From Lytechinus pictus (taxonomy: Eukaryota): 64,000 nt of DNA. The first letter of the stretch is position 1. Every line of letters begins with the position of its first letter. Positions 1 through 12,600 of the stretch are shown piece after piece. The DNA lies in assembly GCF_037042905.1 (NCBI RefSeq), contig NC_087251.1:18972001-19036000 (forward strand), written 5' to 3'. A program made the translations under genes and the position numbers. The notes below the pieces were generated by a model. That model saw only the letters and a program-made list of their open reading frames with translations, searched no databases and was not told the origin of the DNA.

Positions 1-10
1 AGAGATTTAC

Positions 11-1031
11 CAGTTTCATACAGGTTTATTTACAGAGAACTGTTTTGTGTTAGCAGAAGGGTGGTATGAGGATGAAGTCTTCCATGTCAATGGCTTTGGA
101 TTTCCTCCAGCTGAACCAGCAGATACAACAAGGTAAGTTAGAATTTCAATCTGCGGCTTTCCTTATATTTTGCCACTGAGGTAATTAATTGTGGTGTTGC
201 TGGATTTCCATGGGCAATATTGACTCAAGTAAGTTGATATTCTATGTAAAGTTAGTTCCTGATTTTTGACATAATAATAAAAGTAATAATAATGCCAACT
301 TGCTTATATAGCTGATATCACTACCAAATGCGTCCCTAAAATATCATGAACCTGGAACATTTGAATTAGAAGTCTAATTGGGCTAATTCACTCCCTGTCA
401 CTGGCCATCTTTTTGTTATCAGTGTCCATGTACCACATAATTTATGTTCATTGGTTCATTCCCAGATGGTCTACTGATCATTGCCTTTTCATTTTCATGA
501 ATATCTGTCTACTGTATGTCCTTTGCTCACAGGTCCTACTTTGGAAATCTGAATTTCTTTGGAGGACCCTCTGCAACTTGTGCCAAGTCTTCTACCAAAC
601 TCAAGCTGCGTGAGCAGGAGAACGAGGATGCCATGATGGTCTTTCTCTCTGATGTCTGGCTTGATAAGGTGGATGTCCAAGACAAGCTCCGGATCCTTCT
701 CACCGGTTACTCTGAAATGCCTCCCATGTGCTTTGTCTTCTGTGGAAACTTCACCTCAACACCTTATGGCCCCAGTCACAACAAGATCCTCAAAGGTATA
801 GAGATTTTGCGCATCATGCGTCTCATTGACATTACTGCATTGTTCTAAGTACCATGTCATGTCTGACTTTGATATTCATGCTCTAAATTATCTTAAACAT
901 CAATAGGAATAAATCAAATCTTTGGGTGGGTGTTCTCAGAGCTGCCAAGTAGTACGATTTTTCCGTATTTAGTACGTTTTTGCAACCAAAATACGGCAGT
1001 ACGTTTTTTCTTTAAAAAATATGTTTTTTTG

Positions 1032-1062
<31 letters not shown>

Positions 1063-4000
1063 TCATCTCTATATGTCTCTATTTCATGAAACGTACACAG
1101 ATATGGTTATTAGATCAATGTAATTTCAGGTAACTTGTTTTTTTTTCAATCATTTTGTAAAAACCAGGGTGAGATATACACAAGTTTCAATGTTTTTTTT
1201 TTTTTCATCTGCAAGAGCAGTGCACATTTCAGCTTGCATGCAGCTTGAGCGCCGTGATGGGCGAGTGCGCCAAGCATTTTATTATGAAATACACTTTTTT
1301 TGGGAAAAATACCAAATATTTATCTCACACGGTAAAAATACTGATTTTTTTGTCAAAATACTGATTTTGGGGGATAAGAATACTGAAAATGCAAAATATG
1401 ACTTGGCAGCTCTGTGTTCTTATTGTCATCATGCCATGCCCACTCTAATAAAGTTGGGAAGAAAGAATAGTTTGCTTTTTCCATTAACTCATACTCATTG
1501 TTTTCCTTGAATAATCGAAGCATGAATAAATTCATGGGTTTTTTTTTAAATGTAATAATGAAAATAAACTTTCATCCATAAAGCATTCGGTATAGTATTT
1601 CACATACTAAGGAAACTTCTTTTGTCCGATTCCTGTTCATTATTATAAACCTTATAACCTGACTGTGTCCACTAATACAATATTAATTATTCTTCTCTGT
1701 TTATCTTTCTTTTCAGAATCATTCCAGAACCTTGCTAACATGATCTGTGAGTTCAGTTCCTTGGTAGAGCAGAGTAGATTCATCTTTGTTCCTGGCCCAG
1801 AAGACCCAGGTCCAGGAAATGTCCTACCAAGGTATTCCTTGAATGATTTTCTACTGGAAATACCCACCTCATCAGTTTCTGCACATTGAATATTACACAG
1901 AACATGCAAATAGTAAACATTCTATGCAAAACTATTTAAAATATTCTCTTTAAAATTATGTTTGAGCTTAAGGCTGTTTACAAATTTCGAATTGAATGGT
2001 TTGGTGCTCTGATGTTCCAATTTTGCGAAAGACCTAGGGGATGTTTCACAAAGATTTAAGTATTCTGACTTAAGTTGCACTTAAATGCCGACGCGTACAT
2101 GATATTCAAAGCGCGATCTTATTGATAGATACGCAGTAGTGTGCGTCCTCATGACACGATCTGACCAATGCTGTCAAGCCTTTCATACCGTACGCAACTC
2201 GGTATTTAAGTGCAACTCTTAAGATTCACAAAGATTTAAGTATGACTTAAATCTTTGTGAAACACCCCCAGGAAAACTTTCCATAAATGTTACAAGCACT
2301 GACAGGTTGTCTTTGTCTGACACTGAGAGATACCATAGTAACAGTAAGCTACCTGTGCTTAGCCAATCAAGACCAAAAACTATCAGATCTGAGAGCTTGT
2401 CAGATGAATGTTGATGAAACGCCTAACAGTTACCGTCACGGAAATCCCAGAAAGTCTAAAGCATAAATTCAAACATGATATTTGTATAAATATATTCGCA
2501 ATATTTGAGTATGATATTCTTAGATCTCAATATTTGGTGTCATTGATTTCATGCTATTTTACAGAGGCTATTTTTTGTTATTTTCTTTTACTTTACAGAC
2601 CTCCAATTCCAGAGTGCCTCACAGAAGTAATTACAAGTAAAGTTCCTACTGCAGTTTTCACTACAAACCCTTGCAGGTATGATTATTCTTTCATTCATAA
2701 GCCTTGCTTGTCATGCTTATATTTTTATAGACATTGTCGAGTTATACAAATGCTAATAATGTATATACACATGAAGATACATAGCTGAGTATGTTATTAT
2801 TTTATTTTCCCTCAGAGTACAGTATTGTACACAAGAGATGATCATCTTCAAAGAAGACATTGTCATGAAGATGTGTAGGAACTGCATCCGTTTCCCTGAC
2901 AACAATGATGAGATTCCTGATCATGTGAGTCTCACTGGAGTTTTCCATTTAATGAATTGCTCACTGATATACAAAATATTAAAATGGGATTCAAACAGAT
3001 GTCAGCACATCCTGTCATAAAAGTTACCCAAAGCATTTGCTTGGGGACTCTGTATGCCTCCACCCACTCAAAGGTCATTAAGGCCATGGTTCATCACAAT
3101 AGATTTAATAGATGGATCAGAACTAAATTTGGATCATGAATGCATATGGGAGTGAAAATTGGATCTGATTATTAAGGTTTTTGAAAATTTCTGATATATT
3201 TCAGACCTGGCAATGGCCGAAGCATGGCCCCAAGTGCTCACAGTTGAATAATCCATTTAGTTTTTAATCTAAAAGAAATTGTGTGAAGCACACTTACGAT
3301 TTTTGTAATAAGTTTGTCTTTTTCCTTTATTCTGTTTTTGCCAAGTGTACATACTAAAAAAAAATTTATTTAGGTGCTTGTGCCATTTTCTAATTAGAAA
3401 AACAAAATCTCCCTTAAATAACAAAAGTGCCTGTTTATTGTTTTGGGTTCTGTACAAAATGAATGTGATTTGTTGTGAAAAGAATAAGGACCCCCCCCCC
3501 CCCCCCCGCAAGAAAATTAACTTTCCCTGTTTTTGGCCTTGAGCCCCCGAATGTTTGCCTTAGTCTGTGTACTTTCCTCGACATTCAATTCAGATAATTA
3601 CCCTCTCTTTTCCTCATTTCTTACAGTTTGTAAAAACCATTGTATCACAGGGTCACCTGTGCCCCCTGCCCCTCCACGTCTGTCCTGTGTACTGGGCCTA
3701 TGACAATGCCCTACGGATCTACCCCCTGCCTGATGTTATTGTCTTAGGGGACAAGTATGACCCTTTCACTATCACGAGTGTCGGGACAACATGCACAAAC
3801 ACGGTAAGAATCAACACTCTAAATTTGACATAGGAAAGTGGATATGATTTTGAATTGCTTGTCCCATGTATATCCAATATGACAGATCAACATTTTAATC
3901 TTCATACTGATTATTCAATTAAAATCTATGATATACTGTAGTATCTGGAGTATTGTAATGATATTTTCAAGTAATGTTAAACATCTCCATTGTATTGAAT

Positions 4001-5199
4001 TCGGAGAACTGACCTTGTCTCTTTCATTTTCAATCTTAAAGACAAAAAATCAACATAATGAAAGTACATTCAGAGAGGATCAGTAATTCAACATTTTTTA
4101 TTTGTTCATTTTTCTTTCTTTGTTTGTGTTTCTTTCTCCTTTTCTTCATGTTATTCTTACTTGCTATCTTATATTTTGTTTTCTTTCCATCACTCTTTCT
4201 CTCTCTTTCTCATATTTCGTTTTTTCTTTCTGTTTTTTTAAAAATTTTTTTCTGCCCCCCTTTGTTTCTTTTATCATCTCTCTCTCTCTCTCTCTCTAAA
4301 GTAATTGTGCCTGTTTACACGACCTCACTTTAATTGTTTGCTTTTTTTTTTCTTTGTTGTAGGGATCATTTTCAAAGAGTGGGTACTGTTTCAAAGTCTA
4401 CTATCCCCACTCAAAGGAAATAGAAGACAGGTATGTATTACACTCATTCGTATTAGTTTTCATTTTGGGACTTTGTGGTTAGTATAGGTTCACACCGCAG
4501 TCATATGTACATGATATGTGTTTAATTACATTTGTATATTTGTATTTGTTAATTCAGACTCGAGTGTTATCTTGCACCTAGTGATATGATGCAATTTTTT
4601 TCTCTAATCTATGTTGATATTTCAGTTAAAATTTCATCCTTAACATCACTAAACCTCAAATCCTATTTTCATATCCATCCGGTTCATGGTTCATTAAAGA
4701 TAACCCCGATAGTATGAACACAACCATTTGGAGTCAGAAAGGGCAGAGATTCTGTCTAGGTATGCCTTTCCGTGACCAGACAAGGTTACTACCTAGATCC
4801 ATTACATTCCCTTGATATGTTATCCCAGCTAATTACTAAAAGCATATGGAATTTCAAATAGGCTGTATGTATTACATTTATGCCCTCTTAACATATGAAC
4901 CTTGATACCTTGGTCAGTCTGTGACTTAGTTCAGCACAATGCAGTTTGTTTAATGTAAATTCCTCCATATTATCAACACCATATACAGGGAAGTAAATTG
5001 CTTTTAAAAAATGCCATGCCAGTTGTAGTTGTCAGATAACTGCATTTAAAAAAAAAACTATATATTGTTTCATTAAATCTATACATTTTTTTGTTGTTAA
5101 AATAGAATTAAACAGCTTTGAAAATGAAATTTTATCATACCAATTAGATATCATATTTTTCTCTTTTTATACAGCAAAATTGATGAAATGCCCGCCTGA
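11..5199 (+). CDS. POLE2: DNA polymerase epsilon subunit 2 (B subunit), 5'-partial; join(11..132,533..795,1717..1831,2599..2676,2816..2924,3627..3803,4363..4430,5175..5199)
   Basis: Spliced translation gives [33 protein letters not shown] / [10 protein letters not shown] / [11 protein letters not shown] / FVFCGNF / [25 protein letters not shown] / [18 protein letters not shown] / [40 protein letters not shown] / [15 protein letters not shown]...[10 protein letters not shown], matching POLE2/Dpb2 motifs. All 7 internal introns are GT..AG with compatible phases. The first exon starts at 11 or 14 (see findings). Confidence 0.96.
937..1414. mobile_element. MITE in POLE2 intron, TIR CAGAGCTGCCAAGT, 6-bp TSD TGTTCT
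   Basis: CAGAGCTGCCAAGT at 937 and ACTTGGCAGCTCTG ending at 1414; TGTTCT at 931-936 and 1415-1420. Confidence 0.8.
2037..2269. mobile_element. Palindromic MITE, TIR GGGG(A/G)TGTTTCACAAAGATTTAAGT
   Basis: ~24-bp inverted termini and extended internal inverted similarity; TSD not clean. Confidence 0.7.
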
Positions 5200-7546
5200 A
5201 GTCCTCTCTGAAAGATGCCCATATCTATGTATGATGGAAAGAACTATGTTTCATTGACTCATCAGAATTCCTTGGTACCCATGAACGTACCCTTTATTTA
5301 GATTTCATAAGATAATGAAGATAATTGGCCTGAATTTGTGAGAATGGATTTAATATATTTTCTTTTAAGACATGCTTTCACAGCAAAGCAAAAAAGATTT
5401 GCATAAAGATGGAAATACTTCAGAAAAAAAAATCATATTTCACATTAGTTTCACATAGATTCCTAAGTGTCCATTTGAGTTTATAAAGCATCATAAATTG
5501 TTCAGAGGAGTCAACGGAAGTTTGAATCAAGAATCCAGCTTCCTACATTAACAAATTTAAAAAATAAATTGTCAACCACATGTCTATTGGAGGAAAATAG
5601 CAACACGTAAAACAGAAAATCGTAACCAATAGCAAGTTAATGCAGACCAACAAATCTATCATAAATCTAATTCCAAATTTTTTTTTTTTAAGACCTGAGG
5701 GAGTACATTTTTGTTTTACTTATTTCATTCAAATAGCTAATTTGTGATAGATTTGAACAATATATTTAGAAAATAGTATCACATTTCACCCTTTCGTTTT
5801 CTTTCTTTTCCCCCGTTTCTTGGTGGTATAACTATTTGGGTGCCACAATGCCCCCTCCCATCTATACACCAGTGCCTTGTGCTTATTATAGAAAGAGTTA
5901 CATAAGCATAACTATTAAATACTGAACAAGACCCAATTTTCAACCAATCAGAAGCTACCATTTAAGTAATTTGTTTACTTTATGGTAAGCGGTCCTAAAG
6001 CTACGCACCACTCATCGCACATATATGCAATTTCAATGGCAAAATGTGCACACTGTGTGTGGAACTGACTGCAGAGTGACAGACGATTCCTATTGAATTT
6101 TTCTACAGAGGCTGCAATAAATCACTAAATGCAGAGAAAAATAGCAACTGTTTGTAATTTTGGAGTTATATTCACTTTCATTAATATTTTCCTTTAATAA
6201 TATGAACATATTTTAGAAATTGAGGCACAGGAAATACTATTTCTTTTCTTGATAAATAGAGTGTGTTGCTATAGGACCCCTTTCTAGATCAAAATCAAGA
6301 GGTGTTCGGAAAACACGGCGGGATTTTCGTATTAGTGAATTTTGTGATATTTTCTTCTTGGTCGAGGATCTTTAGAATATTTACCACAAATTGGGGAAAG
6401 ATAGTTTGTTCCAATATTAAACTTAGCATAATTTTTATCGCTTGTAAACAAAGTGCGTAGCGTTAGGTCCCCCATCATAAATATGTTTTTTGTAATAACT
6501 GTTTCTGCAAAGGGCCCAAAACATGTGGTTCTTCAGATAGATGTGATACTGTAGTGAAAACTGATACGTCAAGTTGAAAATTTGCAGTATATTTTTGTAA
6601 TTTATAGTAAGCAAGATCGTTATACCACTTCAGTTAAATGCTAGTCCATGCAGATTAGATTTTGGTGGCTTTGCAATAAATTTCAAATCATATTATATAT
6701 TGATTGTCTTACTTCTGAAGGTATGAATTGATTTGATTTGCCAATAGTTAAAAAAAAATGATTGATACTTGCAATTGACTGTGACTGATTATCTTGTCAC
6801 ACTCCTTAATAGTCAAAGCTATTTATAAAGTAAAGTCCCAAAAGATTTGACATATGAAAGATTTTTCACATTTGCAAACATTTCGTTTCTTATTGTATGG
6901 GTATCTTTGGGAATCAGTTGATGACTTCATCAATTACCGGTAATGCCATACTAGTGTCACTCAGCTTGCATATTGCTGATAACTCTGTGACCTATTAGTA
7001 ATACTATAAAGTCGATTTTTTTAAGTTCAACCTCCATTTTTCGACTTTTATACTATTCTTCATTAAGAGCATTGAGAGCATTACAACTTCATGTGCACTA
7101 AAAAGCAGACAAGTATTAGAAAGGTACCACTTTTTGGAGGTCAGACATAATAATTTTTTAAAATAGAAATTGCCCCTATGGTAGTCTCTAGAATGTAACA
7201 CTATTTGCATCTTTTTGTCACATTCAGATGCATATAATTAAACCTCAAGATACTTATATTTTTTAATGCAATCCAAATATCTTTAAAAAAACTTATATTC
7301 CCCCAATTATTCCTAAAATGTGGAGAGAAAAAATGAGGAAACGACCATGTGGGTTAACTTTTAATTGATGACAGTTAAATAAGATGAAAAGTTCATTCTT
7401 TTATGATTAATGATCATGTACATATAAGTATTGTGTAAATAGTGTAGATAACTTTTTATAAACTATTTGTCATAGGTGCATTAATATTAAACTAAGATGA
7501 GTATAATTACAATCTGTGCTGTTTGTTGGTATTATTTTGTGTCTAA

Positions 7547-7687
7547 TGGGCAGTCACATTCCCCTACGGCGGCCACAGCGAGTCGAAAACGGCCGTTTTA
7601 ACATTTTTTTGTATCCGCTACATACATGTATATATGTGGTTTGAATAAGAATGATTAAAATGGTGTAGGGGAAATGTGACTGCAGCA
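7547..7687. mobile_element. Short PIF/Harbinger-like MITE (TAA TSD)
   Basis: GCAGTCACATTCCCCTAC ... GTAGGGGAAATGTGACTGC inverted termini; TAA at 7544-7546 and 7688-7690. Confidence 0.65.
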
Positions 7688-7872
7688 TAATAGATCTTGG
7701 CTATTGTAATTTTATACCATATGACCAGGAACAATTAAAACCCTCATTTCTACCTATTGTGCATGCGCTTGTCTATTTTTACAAATACCATCATTATTTG
7801 TACCAAAGTGGAAACTTAGCACCAAGAGCTCATGGGACAGAACAAATACTTTATTACAGCAAGACTCTTGTT

Positions 7873-8072
7873 TATGGAGCCCCTGAAGTTGTATTACAGG
7901 TTTTTTATTTCCTAGCTTGTTCCGAGTTACTAACTCGTTCCCTCATCTTTCAACATGCTCCCTCACTTGTTCCCTCGACTTATATTTATAATGGAACAAG
8001 TTGAGGGAACAAGTTTTAAGTTGGGTGGAAAAAAGTTAGGAAAAAAAGTCACATCACCTTAGGGGCTCCATA
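7873..8072. mobile_element. MITE with TATGGAGCCCCT termini (possibly IS3EU-like)
   Basis: TATGGAGCCCCT ... AGGGGCTCCATA; flanks CTTGTT/ATTGTT (6 bp, 1 mismatch); internal GGAACAAGTT repeats. Confidence 0.6.
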
Positions 8073-9603
8073 ATTGTTAGATCAGATTTAAGAATAGAAT
8101 CAGCAAAGATCTCGGGGGAAAAAGCTGTGCTTGTTCTTTGTAATTCCATTTCCATCACTTACACACACTAGCTCGTTAACATGTCAGTAAATTGGAGGTC
8201 TGTTAATTCCGGACACCTTTCTGTCTCGATTAAATGAACATCCTTAACACCAATTGTCACAAACATCTTGTACTTCATAATATTTTCAAAAGATATATTC
8301 AAGCAATTTGTGACACATTGCTGTAACTTTTTTTTTTTCTGACATTACCCAGGAACAATACACATAGTATAAACAAGTACACAAAAATGCAATATGCTAA
8401 GATTATATTTATTGATTAAAATGGAATGAATACAGAGGAATTACCTTAAATTTCTGAAAATTATATTTAATGTAAAAAAATACCTGTATAAAAACCTTTT
8501 TTTATGGCTGTTTATTAAAAAGTGAGGAAGAAATTCCTTTCATAAAAATACACAACTTTAGAAGCACACAGTACTGGAAGAGGTGTGAAAATTCAAATAT
8601 TTAGTACAAATCTAGAAATACATATAGAGCATTAGGGCCACAAACGGAAATGCTCAGTCTAATTGTATTAGCCAACTATTTGCAAAGATATAATATTTTG
8701 TATCATGTATGGGACATTGAAAAGCACACAGCAGCTTAGCACACACATTTCTATATTGAAAGAAGTATACAATGCATTTGTCCATGTAATAAAAAAGTCT
8801 GTATTGCATTGGGAAATTCAACAGCACACAAATTTATAAAATAGAAGTATGACATAAATGTTCTCGGTAAGATGCATAATTTATATTTAGCACACAAATA
8901 ATTTTAAGAAGTTTGAAGTTCATTGTTCTGGAAGATGCAAAGTTTATGCGGCATATTATTTTATACTGAAAGTGATAATTGTACATGATCAAAGTAATAA
9001 AAAGGGAGAATGCAGTAAAATTCAATTAAAAGCACACTAAGTAGAATAAGTAGAGTAAAAAGGGGATGGTCTATATTAAAATAAACATGAAATCTACTAA
9101 ACAAACACTGATGTCCTTGTTCAATGATGTACATATGATGGCTACTCTCTGGTTTGCTACTCATAAAGCACACTAATAAAGCGATGAATGATTATAGAAG
9201 AAAAAATATGAATACCCTATTCAATATACTTTCATTTGAATGAATACTTTGGTCATCAGAATACAAGAAATACATTTACTTGGTGTAGATTATTGGATTT
9301 CCCATATTGATGATGAATTGAATGAAAGGTTATGTGAGCTTTTGGTCAGCGTTGATTTAAAATACTAGTACTTGAATTTTATTCAATTAATAGTGTACAT
9401 TTCTCTTGATTTTCATACTTTTTGAATACTTATTCACTTTGACTGGGTTGAAGATTTACTATGGAGCTATCCCCAGGTTCTATTGTGTCTAAGCACTATA
9501 ACCCTATTTAAGACACAAAAAAATCATGTATATAACAACTCTGGCAATGTATTAGAAGTCAAACAACTTTCATCAAACACCAAGATTTCCTTACATCGAC
9601 ACT

Positions 9604-12600
9604 CTAAGCACTGGACTCATCCAAGACATTAGCAGACATGGGATTTGAGAAGGCTTTCATGTCTCCATCTTCCTCCCAGTTCGGACCATTGATGGCGCCC
9701 TTCTCCTCAACTACATACCCTGACTTCTCGTCATCCCCAGACCCATTGACCTTCACCTGGGCAGGATCTGCATAGATATTCTCCTACAAGAAACAAATGA
9801 CATGCAATGGGAACATAATCAGAAACTTCAGTCTTTCTTCATAGCCAAAGAACCTGCAGCCTCTATCTTATATTTTTTAAAATCTTTCTCAGAATCAGTT
9901 CGCATCATTTCATATTTTTCATCTTTTTTCATACAAAAAAGTACAAGGCAGGCAATATTCAAGTTTCAAGAGAGAGATGCACATAAAAGAATCATGGCAC
10001 CCCCTTTATACTTGCTTTTCATGACAAATATTCCACTCCATGTAATCATAATTATAGTGGTGCATATAACTGAGGACAGTAGAATACATGTATGCTTGAA
10101 TGCTGATGAAGTATAGAATTTGTGTAAAATAAATTTCATTATCAAATATGCTTGGAAACAAAATTTCCTGAATCATTTCAACTCCCCTAACAACAAACTC
10201 TGGAGTGTAGATTGATCAGTGCATTAGGGCTTCCATCTACACAAATTTTGACAATGTATTGGATTTTTTTTTCAACTCCCAAAGGAGGTGAATCTCTTCT
10301 CTACAGGGTCTCCATTTCAATTATATACTGTAACGTGTACGACAGCAACTCTTTGTACATGCATTCAACTGGACACCATAGGTTCTTGACAAAATCTGAC
10401 AAACATTTTATTCGACTTAATGATGCCTCCTTAATTTCCAGTACACAATTGTAAAACAAAACCAAGCTAAGCCCACCAATGTTCATCAGAGGGTATATCT
10501 TCATAGAAAATATGTGATGTGAGTTCATACCTTGCCTGTAGTGGTATACATAGGATTATCAAAGCCTCTCACAGCAGCGTCAAAGGCTGGATTAGGAATC
10601 TCCTGCATGAAGCCTGGAGGTATACCTTGAGACATCTCAATATCACTATCAGCATGTAATGGTTCATCTTTCCAACTAAGTGAACTAAAGAAAAAAAAAC
10701 AAATATGGATCATGAGACTCCATGCTTGGTCACTGCAACACAGAAAATTTAAATAATTAGAACACTCCAACGTTGAGATGCTCTAGTTCCTATCTTTACT
10801 AAGCTAGGAATCCAGCTAAAAGAAAAAAGACTTTGATGGCTAAGACTGACTGTGTTCATCTACCTTCAATCAACAGAAACTAAATGATATCAGGTAAAAA
10901 TGTATACTTACTTTCTTCTCATGAGAATGAAGATCATAGTACTGATGAAGCAAATTATCACAATCACAGCAATGATAATACCTGCTATACCTCCACTTGT
11001 AACTCCTGTAGAGAGGGGGGGGGGGGGCATTAGGTTATCTTAGTATCAAATGATTAGTATCCATCAAACAATCACATTAAAGGTAGCTTACAACAAAATC
11101 ATGTTTACAGCTTTATTTTCTGACTCTTCTGATGTGTGAAGAGAAGAATTATCAAAAAATTGAATACAGTTTTGTTTTGTGAAATACATAGAAAAACTCC
11201 CTAAATTGCCATATTTAATGGTCATTCGTACTTATTGGTACATATTTTTTTCATATAAAAAGGAATAAAATAAAATGGATTATATCTAGTTATATATCAA
11301 ATTTACAGGTAAATCATTTTCAATTGAGAAAGTCAAAAAATTCATGGAATTTACATTACATGACACATGGTGCAGGGGGGGGGGGGACACAGAAGTGTCT
11401 TAATTTAATTGAACACTGAAAATTCACATTAACTGTTATTCTTTGATATGTTTCCCTTTTATCTGCTTAAAAAACAACAACTTGACATCAGGGTGGACCC
11501 CCCTTCCCCTTTAATATATCAGCCACAATTTAACAATTTTCAGTGACAATTTGAAGACAATACTAACCACCACCAGACAAACCACCAGTTCCTTTCTCTG
11601 AACTCTCCATAGTAACACTATTAACTCCATAAGAATCCAAATCTAGAGGTACACAAGAGAAGTAAATACAGTTAACATAAATAAATACAATTTGAGGGAC
11701 ACTAGAGCTCTGCAAACAAGAACAAGTCATAAATGAGCAATAATGCTAAATCTCCCACTGCAAATAAGAACAAGTCGTAAATGAGCAATCAAGTTAAATC
11801 TCCCAAGGAATCCAATTATTATTATATTTTACATACATTACTCTTTTTTTTGCAATTCAATTCCTCTTTATTTATAAAATTGATAAGAGGAAAGAAGAGG
11901 ATGGAATCTGATTCACAAATATTAAGGGAGGAATTAAACAGAGGCATGTGTTTTCGTTCGACAGGCAGATGCTCAACCGACAGAGCCTTTATAAAAACCC
12001 AATGTGAAAATTCACGGTCAACTTACTTCGAGCGATGTCGTCCTCCACATCAAGGGCAAGACCAATGGCTGCTTGTCCACTGGTACTCCCTCCATTGTTG
12101 TCTGTGAAAACCATCTGAATCTTATCCTCACTAGTCTTAGACATGTACATTGTTACATCATCCTCTGCTTGGCGTTTCTTCTGCACATTGACCGAGGAAG
12201 AGAAGGAAATTATGTTGAGTTTTCGGCCAAAGAGTATTCGTTTTGGCAACTTTGATTCAAAGTTATGCCTGGAAACAAAGAAGCCAGCTTTTCAAATAAC
12301 ACTTCTCAATTCACATATGTATTACACATACTTCATAAAAGTATGGGTGCCTATTGATAATAATAAAGAGATCCAGGGGAAGGGGGGGGGGGCTTTTGAC
12401 CCAAACTGGTACACAATATGTTCCCTGTGGTGTAAAGCACCCTCTCATTCTATTTCTCCCTCTGGTCCCCAGACTATTTAAGAGTCAGTGCCTCCTCCCC
12501 AATTCTGAATATGGGATCCTCCCCTACATTACATGCAACAATCTCAATGGCTTCCTCATGACATAATCATTACATAAATTCAGATCTGCAGACTGTCTTC

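Noticed and set aside
1832-1841. GTATTCCTT donor resembling the U12 consensus GTATCCTT
   Set aside because: An extra T breaks the consensus, and the 3' end has an ordinary pyrimidine tract with no well-placed TCCTTAAC branch site.
12181-12268. In-frame upstream extension of AMN exon 8 to an AG at 12269-12270
   Set aside because: That acceptor is phase 2 but the upstream donor is phase 0; the segment looks like the pyrimidine tract of the 12180 acceptor.
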